Shown here: positions 26,771 to 36,973 of the stretch, one piece after another
Position numbering within the stretch: position 1 is the stretch's first letter
Layout: the number at the start of each line of letters is the position of its first letter
NCBI GenBank assembly: GCA_009837285.1
Contig: VXTU01000042.1
Coordinates: 1 to 56,098, forward strand
Origin: Chloroflexota bacterium
GTDB lineage: Bacteria; Chloroflexota; Dehalococcoidia; UBA2979
Length of the DNA stretch: 56,098 bases
Direction of reading: 5' to 3'
Notes under the pieces: model-generated
The model's input: only the letters and a program-made list of their open reading frames with translations
Databases searched by the model: none
Told to the model about the DNA's origin: nothing
Program-made: the position numbers and the translations under genes

Positions 26771-29017
26771 CTACCCACACTTCGTGTAGCCACACGACCG
26801 GCACAGCAGGCAGCGCTCCGCGTACCCCAACTGCGCGCCGCAGTCCGGGCACACCAACCCCGACGCCGTCACGATCGGCGCGCGGTCGGGCCCGTGGAGG
26901 CGGTCCGGCGCCTGGTCACCGAAGTGCAGCCGGAGCCACTGGAAGATGTAGTCGACGATGCTCGTGGCGAACGGGATGTCCTCGTTGCCGGTCGGACCGG
27001 CTGGCTCGAAGCGCGTGTGCTCCAGCTTCTCCGCCAGCTTGTCGAGCGGCACGCCGTACTGCAGCGCGATCGAGGTGAGGATGGCGATGGCGTCGGTGAG
27101 GCCGGAGACCGTCGAGCCCTCCTTCGAGATCTTGACGAAGACCTCGCCGGGCGAGCCGTCGTCGTAGAGCCCGACCGTGAGGTAGCCCTCCTGCTCGCCC
27201 ACCCGGAACTTGTGCGTCACCGCGGGGCGCTCATCGGGCAGCCGACGGCGTGAGTCTCGCGTCGATGCGGCCGAGGGGGCGCGCTCGCCCGCCGCGAGCA
27301 CCTGCTGGGCACGCGAGCCGTCGCGGTAGACGGTGACGCCCTTGCAGCCGAGCTCGTGCGCGCGCAGGAACACGGCGCGCACGTCCTCGGGCGTGGCCGA
27401 GTGGGGGAGGTTCACGGTCTTCGAGACGGCGAGGCCGGTGTGGCGCTGGAACGCGGCCTGCATGGCGACGTGGCGCTCCCATCCGATCTCGTGCGCGGTG
27501 GCGAACAGCTGCCGCACGCGCTCCGGCACCGCGGCCTGTTCGGCGAGCCCCGCACCGGCGGCGAGCTCCGAGATCAGCTCGGGCGAGTGGAACCCGCCCG
27601 CGCGCGCGGCCTCCGCGAACGCCTCGGAGACCTCGTCGAGCAGCGTCCCGTCCTGCATCCGCCGCGTGTGGGCGAGCGAGTACAGCGGTTCGATGCCCGA
27701 CGACGCACCCGCGATGATCGCGATTGTTCCCGTCGGGGCGATGCAGGTGCGGGTTGCGTTGCGGTACCGGGTGCCGGTGCCGCCCTCATCCCCGTAGATC
27801 GAGCGCTCCCAGTTCGGGAACACGCCCTTCTCCGCCCCGAGCGCGGCCGAGGCCGTGTCGGCGGTCTGGGCGATGCGGCTCATGAGCTCCTCAGCGAGGT
27901 CGAGTGCCTCGTCGGAGTCGTAGGGGATGCCGGCGGCGATGAGCAGGTCGTGGAACCCCATCACGCCGAGGCCGATCTTGCGGTTGCCGCGGACGGCCTC
28001 GGTGATCTCGGGCAGCGGGTACCCACCCGCGTCGATGACGTTGTCGAGGAAGCGCACGCCGAGCGTCACCGTCTCGTCGAGCGCGGTCCAGTCGAGCGCG
28101 CCGGCATCGGCGTCCCAGAACCGCGCGACGTGGACGGAGCCGAGCGTGCAGGCCTCCCACGGCAGCAGAGGCACCTCGCCGCACGGGTTCGTCGCCTCGA
28201 TCGCGCCGAGGGCGGGCGTGGGGTTCGCGGCGTTCACGGTGTCGAGGAAGACCATGCCGGGGTCGCCGGTCTCCCAGGCCGACTGCGCGATCTCGTCCAG
28301 GAGCGTCTCAGCGTCGGCGCTGCCGCGTGTGGCCTCGGCGTGGGGGTCGACGAGGTCGATCGAGCCGCCGGTGGCGGCGGCCTCGATGAAGGCGTCGGTG
28401 GCGGCGAGGGAGAGGTTGAAGCGCTGGGCGCTGACGCCGTCGTCCTTGGCGTGAATGAAGTGGCGCACGTTCGGGTGGTCGATGCGCAGGATGCCCATGT
28501 TCGCGCCGTCGCGCTTGCCGCCCTGGGTGACGAGCCGCGAGACGTCGTCGTAGTGGCGGAGGACCGAGACGGGGCCGCAGGCCGCGCCGTGGGTGGTAGC
28601 GATCGGCTCGCCCTCGGCGCGCAGGCTCGAGAAGTCGAAGCCTGTGCCGCCGCCCCACTTCTGCACCATCGCCGCCGCCTGGGCGGTCGACATAATCGAG
28701 TCGAGCGAGTCGTCGATGGGCAGCACGAAGCAGGCCGCGAGGGTCCCGCGGTTCGTGCCGGCGTTCATGAGCGTGGGCGAGTTCGGCAGGAAGCGCAGCG
28801 CGGCCATCTCGTCGTAGAAGCGCTGCGCCCACTGTGCGCGCAACTCCGGCGACGCCTCGACCGAGGCGATGGACTCGGCGACGCGCGCGAGCGTCTCCTC
28901 GGGCGTCTCGACCACCGCGCCGTCGTCGCCGCGCAGCAGGTAGCGCCGCTCCAGGACCGTGCGGGCGTTGTCGGTGAGGTCGACGGGGTGAGTGATGACG
29001 GGAGGAGTCGTGACCAT
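26771..29017 (-). CDS. nrdJ: Class II (adenosylcobalamin-dependent) ribonucleotide reductase with C-terminal TSCPD and Zn-ribbon domains
   Basis: VLERRYL, FLPNSPTLMNAG, ACFVL, GGGTG, QGGKRDGANMG, ATNPCGE, IAPTGT, VSKTVN, KGVTVYRDGSR, CPDC..CRSCGYTKC. Confidence 0.96.
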   Translation of the reverse strand: MVTTPPVITHPVDLTDNARTVLERRYLLRGDDGAVVETPEETLARVAESIASVEASPELRAQWAQRFYDEMAALRFLPNSPTLMNAGTNRGTLAACFVLPIDDSLDSIMSTAQAAAMVQKWGGGTGFDFSSLRAEGEPIATTHGAACGPVSVLRHYDDVSRLVTQGGKRDGANMGILRIDHPNVRHFIHAKDDGVSAQRFNLSLAATDAFIEAAATGGSIDLVDPHAEATRGSADAETLLDEIAQSAWETGDPGMVFLDTVNAANPTPALGAIEATNPCGEVPLLPWEACTLGSVHVARFWDADAGALDWTALDETVTLGVRFLDNVIDAGGYPLPEITEAVRGNRKIGLGVMGFHDLLIAAGIPYDSDEALDLAEELMSRIAQTADTASAALGAEKGVFPNWERSIYGDEGGTGTRYRNATRTCIAPTGTIAIIAGASSGIEPLYSLAHTRRMQDGTLLDEVSEAFAEAARAGGFHSPELISELAAGAGLAEQAAVPERVRQLFATAHEIGWERHVAMQAAFQRHTGLAVSKTVNLPHSATPEDVRAVFLRAHELGCKGVTVYRDGSRAQQVLAAGERAPSAASTRDSRRRLPDERPAVTHKFRVGEQEGYLTVGLYDDGSPGEVFVKISKEGSTVSGLTDAIAILTSIALQYGVPLDKLAEKLEHTRFEPAGPTGNEDIPFATSIVDYIFQWLRLHFGDQAPDRLHGPDRAPIVTASGLVCPDCGAQLGYAERCLLCRSCGYTKCG

Positions 29018-29050
29018 CGCAGCGCGTCCGTTCGAGGCGGAGGGAGGGCA

Positions 29051-29075
29051 GTTATCAGAACATACGTCCGATAAC
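29051..29075. promoter_or_regulatory. Inverted repeat containing a LexA-like box upstream of nrdJ
   Basis: GTTATCAGA-N7-TCCGATAAC (8/9 match); AGAAC-ATAC-GTCCG at 29057-29070, one mismatch to GAAC-N4-GTTC. Confidence 0.45.
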
Positions 29076-29191
29076 CGCGCAAGCACCTCAGCGCCAAGAC
29101 CCTTACACTGTAACTCGCTTGGTCGAGGTGATGCCGTCTCCCCTTGTTGGCTCCCCCTCTTGGGTTCGCCGGAGATTGGGACGTGTCCCGC

Positions 29192-30811
29192 ATGAAGCGG
29201 CATCGCAAAGGAAGCTTATCCTCGCGACCCGCCTACCCGATCGTCGCAGCAGGCTCATCGGATACCCGCCCACTTTCCCTCAGTCAGGCTGATAGTTCGG
29301 TAAACCACTGGCTCAACCGCTTCTCGCTCGATTCCCTCGTGACGCGCGCGCACGAGACTACTGCGCGCACCTTTCTCCAGAGTCTCCGCGCTCCTGCCGA
29401 CGAGGAATTGGCCGCGCACTACGAACGATGTGCCCGGGTCATTCGGGCAAGGCGGACGGTGCGCGAGGCCATCGTTCGGCGCGAAGGCCGATCCCCGCAC
29501 GGAAGCGAGATGACGTTCCAGGACTTCGAACACGCTTCCGATCTGGTTTGGGACTGGATCTTCGATGCGGAGGCCGAGCGCCTCGAAATGAGGCCCGAGG
29601 CGCTCGGAGTTCTGATGCAGCGCATCGTCGCGTCACAGTACGAAGATCAAGCTCCGCTCAACACTCTCCCCAGACACGTTGCGCTCGCGCGACGAACCAT
29701 CAGCCTTGCGGAGTCTAAGGGACTCCCCCTTTCGACGCTCTTCGCCGACTCGTTCGGGCTGGCATTTGAGGAACTCCTTGCCATCTCACTTCGCGTCGCC
29801 GCGTGGGCGCATTCCTCGTCTCCCATCCCGACAGGTGGGGTCGCGCTCGACGGAACAACGAAGGTGGATTCGACAAAGCTCACGCAGTTCTGGGAGATGT
29901 GCGCACTCGGCTACAACGAATTCGCGGACCGCGCTCAGAGCCCCCAAGTCCAATTCGCGGACCTCCAAGAGTACGGACTCTCCCCAACGATCTTCTGGCC
30001 GGTGATTCGGCGAACCGACGGGGCGTACGTCGTGCCTATCGTGCATGATCTCATCCACCGTGCTGGACGCTCGTTCGCCTTCGATGCGAGGCAGGCCGCA
30101 GGGAATACGAACCGCGATCTGCTGGATGAGGTTCGGGGCAATGCCTTTGAGTCGTTTGTGGGTGACATCCTCAGTGGCACATCGGGAGTTCGATCCGTTC
30201 GTCACGCGGACGATGCTCTGCTTGCGACGGCAAAGGGGAAGCGATGCGACTGGGTCTGCTTCGATGGGAACGGCGGCCGCGCAACACTCGTAGAGGCTAA
30301 GGCCGCCCACCTGCCCCTGAGGACCGCGATGTTCCCAACTCCGGAGAACCAGCGTGCGTATGTCGAACGAGAGGGTGGGATCGCCGACGCTGTGGCCCAG
30401 ATTGACGACACGGCGCGGGCGATTCGAGACGGGCAATCGCACCTCCCACACCAGACGAAACTGATGGGGCTCGTCGTCCTAGATGGGCCGCAGGTGATGC
30501 TCAACGGTAAGACGATCCGCGAGATCGTAAGCGCCACCCTTCATGCCCGGGGAAGACCAGCACCGAGCATCCGGTACCAAGTCGCGACGAGTGACGGCTT
30601 AGTCCAGCTCGTGCTATCCGCTTCAACAGGAGCCTCGCTGTGGGAACGACTCAATACGAAGCACAGCCGCCGCCCAGATCGGTACGCTGATATGGATCAG
30701 CTCAGCATTCCACCGGAGGCTTCCTCGATGACCGTACACCCGGTCTTGGAGACCATGGCCAACGAGCTACGGGAGATCGGGTGGGGCGGCATTCTCCTCG
30801 AACCGGACTGA
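29192..30811 (+). CDS. Hypothetical protein with C-terminal PD-(D/E)XK (NERD-like) nuclease domain; start uncertain
   Basis: GNAFESFV, KRCDWV, LVEAKA, ADAVAQI; atypical codon usage. Confidence 0.72.
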   Translation: MKRHRKGSLSSRPAYPIVAAGSSDTRPLSLSQADSSVNHWLNRFSLDSLVTRAHETTARTFLQSLRAPADEELAAHYERCARVIRARRTVREAIVRREGRSPHGSEMTFQDFEHASDLVWDWIFDAEAERLEMRPEALGVLMQRIVASQYEDQAPLNTLPRHVALARRTISLAESKGLPLSTLFADSFGLAFEELLAISLRVAAWAHSSSPIPTGGVALDGTTKVDSTKLTQFWEMCALGYNEFADRAQSPQVQFADLQEYGLSPTIFWPVIRRTDGAYVVPIVHDLIHRAGRSFAFDARQAAGNTNRDLLDEVRGNAFESFVGDILSGTSGVRSVRHADDALLATAKGKRCDWVCFDGNGGRATLVEAKAAHLPLRTAMFPTPENQRAYVEREGGIADAVAQIDDTARAIRDGQSHLPHQTKLMGLVVLDGPQVMLNGKTIREIVSATLHARGRPAPSIRYQVATSDGLVQLVLSASTGASLWERLNTKHSRRPDRYADMDQLSIPPEASSMTVHPVLETMANELREIGWGGILLEPD

Positions 30812-30995
30812 CTGCTGGCGTCGCCGATGAGAGGCTTCGCTGCTGCCAGAACGGAGTGTGCTGGCAGCCCAATCCACCTTCCGATACTGCACCGAGATCC
30901 GGGCGCTATTGAACAGGTCGCCCCCGTGCGGGGCGAGCGCGAGAAGTGACCGCCGGCCGCGAGCCGCACCGGCGGCAGGCGATGCATCGGTGGGC

Positions 30996-31532
30996 TCAGC
31001 GGCTGGCGGCGGAGGGGGCGCTCTCAATCGGCGTCGGCGCGAACGGCAGCTCCTCGAAGAGGCGAGGCTGCTCGGCCGGCGGCACGGGGCTGTACTCCAG
31101 GCGTTCGAGCTCGCCGAGCATGTCGTCGATCGAGACGAACTGCCGGTACGCGGACGCGAAGCGGATGTAGGCGATGGGGTCGAGCATGCGGAGGTGGCCG
31201 ATGACGATCTCGCTGATCACGCGGCTGGGTACCTCGTCATGGCCCGACACCGAGAGGCGCCGCTCGACGTCCTCGACGATGGCCTCGATGGCTCCGGCGG
31301 CGAGGTCGCGCTTGCGCGCGGAGATGCGAAGGCTCTCCAGCAGCTTGTGGCGCTGGAACTCCTCACGGCGGCCGTCGCGCTTGCGGACCTGGATCCCCAC
31401 GGTCGCGGCCTGCTCATGGGTAGCGAAGCGCAGTCCGCACTCAGGGCAGGAACGCTGCCGGCGCACGCCGCTCCCGTTGACTTCGTGGTCGACGACCGTC
31501 GTGGGGACATGACCGCACGTAGGGCACTGCAT
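30996..31532 (-). CDS. nrdR: Transcriptional repressor NrdR
   Basis: MQCPTCGH..CPECGLRFATHE zinc ribbon; VRKRDGRREEF ATP cone; LDPIAYIRFASAYRQF. Confidence 0.93.
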   Translation of the reverse strand: MQCPTCGHVPTTVVDHEVNGSGVRRQRSCPECGLRFATHEQAATVGIQVRKRDGRREEFQRHKLLESLRISARKRDLAAGAIEAIVEDVERRLSVSGHDEVPSRVISEIVIGHLRMLDPIAYIRFASAYRQFVSIDDMLGELERLEYSPVPPAEQPRLFEELPFAPTPIESAPSAASR

Positions 31533-31681
31533 CGCTTTCGCGTTCCCGGGGGAGGAAGGGGTCTGGAAGTGAGAAGCAGTACACACCGGCGGGCCGCACA
31601 TCGGCAATGGTCGCCGTCAACAGTCTGTAGCGAACATGTCCAAGACCTCGCGGCCCGCCGTTCGCAAGTCCAACGGAACGA

Positions 31682-31709
31682 CGAGGGGCGACCCGGAGGC
31701 CGCCCCTCG
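31682..31709 (-). terminator. Hairpin downstream of ftsZ
   Basis: CGAGGGGCG-N10-CGCCCCTCG perfect 9-bp arms; weak U-tract. Confidence 0.55.
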
Positions 31710-31746
31710 CACGTCTCGTTCGTGGCTCCCGCTACCGCTGGGGGCC

Positions 31747-32829
31747 CTACCTCTGGGGGAAGCTGCGACGCAGGAACGTCGGGAGGTCCGCCTCGGTCAA
31801 CGCGTCGGGCTCGCTTGCCGGCAGGTCCGCGAGCCGCTGCTGGGGCTCCTCGACCTCATCCATGAGCGCGCCGACGGACTGGCGCACGGCGCTGAACCCC
31901 GTCGCCACGACGGTGATGCGGATCTCATCCGTCATGTCCTCGTCTATGGCGGTACCGAAGATGATCTCTGCGTCGGGGTCGACGACCTCGGCGATAGTCC
32001 GCGCCGCGTTGTTCAGCTCCGACAGCCGGAGGTTGGCCGGGCCGGTCACGTTGAACAGCACGCCGGTTGCGCCGGTGATGTCGACCTCAAGGAGCGGACT
32101 CGCGATTGCCTCGCGGGCCGCCTCGACGGCACGCTGGTCGCCGCGGCCGATGCCGATCGCCATCAGCGCCGGGCCCGCTTCCTCCATGACGCGGCGTACG
32201 TCGGCGAAGTCGAGGTTGACGATGCCGGGCACGGTGATCAGCTCGCTGATGCCCTGGATGCCCTGGCGCAGCACGTCGTCGGCCATGTTGAACGCCTCGG
32301 TCAGCGAGACGTCGTCGTTGCCGAGCTGCAACAGGCGGTCGTTCGGGATGACGATCAGCGTGTCGACCTTCCCCTGGAGGTCGCGAACGCCCTCCTCGGC
32401 CTGCTGACGCCGCTTTGAGCCCTCGAATGCGAACGGCTTGGTGACGACGCCGATGGTGAGCGCGCCGAGCTCGCGCGCGGCCTCGGCCACGATCGGCGCG
32501 GCGCCGGTGCCGGTGCCGCCGCCGAGGCAGGAGGTCACGAACACCATCTCCGCCCCGCGCAGCGAGTCCAGGATCTCCTCGCGCGACTCCTCCGCGGCGC
32601 GCGAGCCGCGGAGCGGGTCGGAGCCCGCGCCGAGGCCCTTGGTGAGGCGCTCGCCGATGCGCACCTTGATCTCGGCGTCGCTCCCGTCGAGAGCCTGGAG
32701 GTCGGTGTTCATCGCGACGTACTGCACGCCGGGCAGGCGCTGGGCGATCATGCGGTTGACGGCGTTGGAGCCGCCGCCGCCCACCCCGACGACCTTGATC
32801 GGGGGCAGCGTGTCGAAGTGGTCGGGCAT
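31747..32829 (-). CDS. ftsZ: Cell division protein FtsZ
   Basis: [32 protein letters not shown]-terminal DLPTFLRR. Confidence 0.98.
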   Translation of the reverse strand: MPDHFDTLPPIKVVGVGGGGSNAVNRMIAQRLPGVQYVAMNTDLQALDGSDAEIKVRIGERLTKGLGAGSDPLRGSRAAEESREEILDSLRGAEMVFVTSCLGGGTGTGAAPIVAEAARELGALTIGVVTKPFAFEGSKRRQQAEEGVRDLQGKVDTLIVIPNDRLLQLGNDDVSLTEAFNMADDVLRQGIQGISELITVPGIVNLDFADVRRVMEEAGPALMAIGIGRGDQRAVEAAREAIASPLLEVDITGATGVLFNVTGPANLRLSELNNAARTIAEVVDPDAEIIFGTAIDEDMTDEIRITVVATGFSAVRQSVGALMDEVEEPQQRLADLPASEPDALTEADLPTFLRRSFPQR

Positions 32830-32937
32830 GATGGGTGTTCCCTTCGGTGCATCGGCGCGGCTGGGTGTCACTGGTTCGTCGCTCCCCGCGGTGGGGGCGT
32901 TTGCGCCCCCACTCGGGAGCTCTTCGGTCGTGGGGTG

Positions 32938-33639
32938 TTAGGCCTGGCGGGCGGCGGGCGGGTCTGCCGAGGGGGCGTGGACGGCGTGGGGCTCCGGTGC
33001 CTCGACCTCGGCCGCGGTCGCGGTTTCGGACGCCTCGGCGTCAGCCTCGGCCTCCGGCACTTCGGCTACCGGGTCGCGGACCGCGGCATCGGCTGCGGCC
33101 TCCGGCTCCTCGGTGGCCTGCGGCTCGGCTTCCTCGACCTCTGCCTCGGGTTCCGGCTGCTGGGCCACGGGCTCCGCAGCGTCCGCCTCGGCACCCGGTT
33201 CCGCTGCTTCGGACGCGGCTCCGGCCACGGGCTCGGGCTCCTCGACTAGGGAGGCCTCTGCCGGCGGCTCTGCGAGGGCTTCCTCGGCGGCCGCTGGCTC
33301 CGGCTCGGCGTGCTCGGCCGTGGCGGCCTGTGCGACGGCGTCGAACTCCTCGTCGAACTCCGACGCCGCCTCTGCCGGGATAGGAGTGACCTCCAGCTCC
33401 GGACCGGCGGCGACCGCCTCCGATGGGGGCGGTTCGGGGTCCTCCTCCGCCGCTGCTTCGGCGGGGTCGTTCCGCACCGCGAGGCGCACCGGCGGTCTCG
33501 CCGCCGACGCACCCGGGCCTTCGCTCTGCTTGCGTGCCTGTTCGAGGTAGTCGAAGAGCGTCGACGCGTCGATGGACGAGGCGGTCTCGTTGCGCTGCTC
33601 GGCGCTCCCTCCAGCCTGTTCGTCGGCGGCTTGCGTCAT
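32938..33639 (-). CDS. Acidic Ala/Glu/Pro-rich low-complexity protein between ftsA and ftsZ
   Basis: 233-aa ORF on the operon strand with AAGGA RBS; short helix IDASTLFDYLEQARKQ then EPEP/AAE-rich tail. Confidence 0.75.
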   Translation of the reverse strand: MTQAADEQAGGSAEQRNETASSIDASTLFDYLEQARKQSEGPGASAARPPVRLAVRNDPAEAAAEEDPEPPPSEAVAAGPELEVTPIPAEAASEFDEEFDAVAQAATAEHAEPEPAAAEEALAEPPAEASLVEEPEPVAGAASEAAEPGAEADAAEPVAQQPEPEAEVEEAEPQATEEPEAAADAAVRDPVAEVPEAEADAEASETATAAEVEAPEPHAVHAPSADPPAARQA

Positions 33640-33751
33640 CGGTCAGTCCTTCCCTGCTTGCTGGGGAGCGGTCCGACGGCGACGCAGGGCAGGCCCGCGC
33701 CGGGGGAATACCGTCCGGGTATCCGGTTCTTCGTGTGTTGGGTTGCGTGGT

Positions 33752-34995
<1,244 letters not shown>

Positions 34996-34996
<1 letters not shown>

Positions 34997-35898
34997 CAGC
35001 GCATCACCAGGTGGCGGCCAAACCGCAGGTCGATCTCCTGTATGTCTTCCGCCTCCTCCGCGAGCTGGTCGAGCAGCGCGCCCCAGGCGGCGATCTTGAA
35101 GTCGTAGTTGTGGGAGTCGCCGAAGACGGCGTCGGGCCCGCCGCTGACACGCACGACCAGCCCGCGGTCGTGGTGGAACTCGAAGCGCTCGACCGTGACG
35201 CCGAGCCGCCTCGAGCGCGCGTCTTCCACGAGCTGCGCCACGGTCCGCGCCGCGTCCGCGTCGATCAGGTCGCCCGCTTGCGGCGGCAGGGTGCCGTGTA
35301 CGTCGATGATCGTGACGGCGTCGGCGGCCGGCGGCCTGCCGTGCTCGAGGACCAGACCGTCGGCGTCGATGACGGCGCGATGCCCGGCGCTCTCCCAGTA
35401 GCCCCACCCCTGGTGCTCGATCACCGCGATGCGCACGCCTTGGGGCCACTCGCGCTCGACCGTCGCTGCCTTCACTTCGGGCAGCGCGGCGACGATGCGC
35501 CGCGCCGCGGCGTTCGTGTCGACCAGGAGCAGTGAGCGGCCGCCGAGGTCAGCCGCGCTGACCACGGCGTGCGGGTCGGCGATGTCGATGCCGGTCACGT
35601 CGGCCTGCCGTACGCGCAACGAGTCGCCCGAGGCGAACGTGTAGACGCCGAACGTCGCTGCCGCCGCGAGCCCCATCGCGGTCACGGCCGTCGCCATCCG
35701 CCACCACGGCAGGGAACGCAGGTGGGTGCGCACGCTGGTGCGCGGAAGGCGTCGAGGCACCCGGCCCACCCGGTAGCGTCTTTCGCCGCGCGCGCTTGCC
35801 CGCAGCGCCGGGTGCATGCGCTCGCGTCGGCCGAGCCACAGCTGCGGCAGCCACCGGCGGCCGTCCCGCCCGCCGCGCGTCCCGGATCCTCTAGGCAT
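34996..35898 (-). CDS. ftsQ: FtsQ/DivIB-type POTRA protein
   Basis: Basic N-terminus, one TM, LPEVKAATVEREWPQGVRIAVIE, C-terminal IDLRF; position before ftsA. Confidence 0.9.
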
Positions 35899-36973
35899 AG
35901 GAGCGGACCTCCGTGTGGCGTTCGAGTCCGAGGTCGACGAGGCGCGTGATCAGCGAGGCGTAGTCGACGCCTGCCTCGCCCCAGAGCCGCGGGTACATCG
36001 AGATGGGCGTGAAGCCAGGCAGCGTGTTCACCTCGATCAGCCTCACCGTGTCCGGCTCGCGGACCATGAAGTCGACGCGCGCGAGGCCCGAGCAGCCGAT
36101 CGCGCGGTACGCGCGGACCGCGGCGTCCTGCACGCGCTCCGCCAGGCGGTCGCTGAGGTCTGCGGGCACGATGAGGTCTGTGCTGTCGTCCTGGTACTTC
36201 GCCTCGTACGTGTAGAACTCCGCGTGCGGGCGGATCTCGCCCAGCGGCGAGGGCTGCGGGTCGGCGTTGCCGAGCATCGCGCACTCGACCTCGCTGCCCT
36301 CGATCGCCTCCTCCAGCAACACCTTGCCGTCGTAGCGTGCCGCGAGCTCGAGCGCCGGGCCGAGGTCCTCGCGCGAGGCGACCTTGCTCACCCCGATCGA
36401 GGAGCCGCCGTTCGCCGGCTTCGCGAACGACGGGTACCCGACGGTGCGCTCGATGCCCGCGAGAGACTCGCGCGGCGGGGCGTCGCCGGCCAGTCCGGCC
36501 AGCTCGTCGCCCTCGATGACGACGTACGTGGGCTGCGGGATGTCGTGGGTGGTGAACACGGCGCGCATGTGCGCCTTGTCCATCCCGATCGCGCTTGCCG
36601 CGACGCCCGCGCCGACGTACGGGATGTCCAGCACCTCGAGCAGCCCCTGCAGCGAGCCGTCCTCGCCCGACCGCCCGTGCACGATCGGGAACGCCACGTC
36701 GATCGTTGCGAGCGAGGCGAGCACGTCGGGGAAGGAGAGCAGGTCTTCGTCTTCGTCGCCGAGGTCGCCGTACTCGCCGACCTGGAGGCGGTCGATGCGG
36801 CGCAGCGTCTCATGTGGCGTCAGCCACGCCCCACCCCGGGTGATGCCGAACGGGACGACCTCGAAGCGCTCCGGGTCGGCCTCGCGCATGATCGAGCGGC
36901 CCGAGACCACGGAGACCTCGTGCTCGGGGCTGCGGCCCCCGAAGATCACGCCCAGCCGCGTGCGCGCGCTCAC
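35891..36973 (-). CDS. ddl: D-alanine--D-alanine ligase
   Basis: GGRSPEHEVS, HGRSGEDGSLQG, MDK, KPANGGSSIG, FYTYEAKY, EVNTLPGFT. Confidence 0.97.
   Translation of the reverse strand: MSARTRLGVIFGGRSPEHEVSVVSGRSIMREADPERFEVVPFGITRGGAWLTPHETLRRIDRLQVGEYGDLGDEDEDLLSFPDVLASLATIDVAFPIVHGRSGEDGSLQGLLEVLDIPYVGAGVAASAIGMDKAHMRAVFTTHDIPQPTYVVIEGDELAGLAGDAPPRESLAGIERTVGYPSFAKPANGGSSIGVSKVASREDLGPALELAARYDGKVLLEEAIEGSEVECAMLGNADPQPSPLGEIRPHAEFYTYEAKYQDDSTDLIVPADLSDRLAERVQDAAVRAYRAIGCSGLARVDFMVREPDTVRLIEVNTLPGFTPISMYPRLWGEAGVDYASLITRLVDLGLERHTEVRSYA

Noticed and set aside
26552-26793. ORFs 26552-26758 (+) and 26584-26793 (-)
   Set aside because: No protein-like features; the 46-aa frame at 26592-26732 is more plausible
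26771-29017. Possible intein or intron in nrdJ
   Set aside because: Length and motif spacing are continuous; no intein C-terminal HN or homing endonuclease motifs
29051-29075. Integron attC-like site (GTT..AAC ends)
   Set aside because: Boxes are in the wrong order for attC, too short, and no integrase is present
30812-30995. Possible structured ncRNA between the nuclease and nrdR
   Set aside because: Only short GC hairpins; no recognisable riboswitch (including cobalamin) or tRNA motifs
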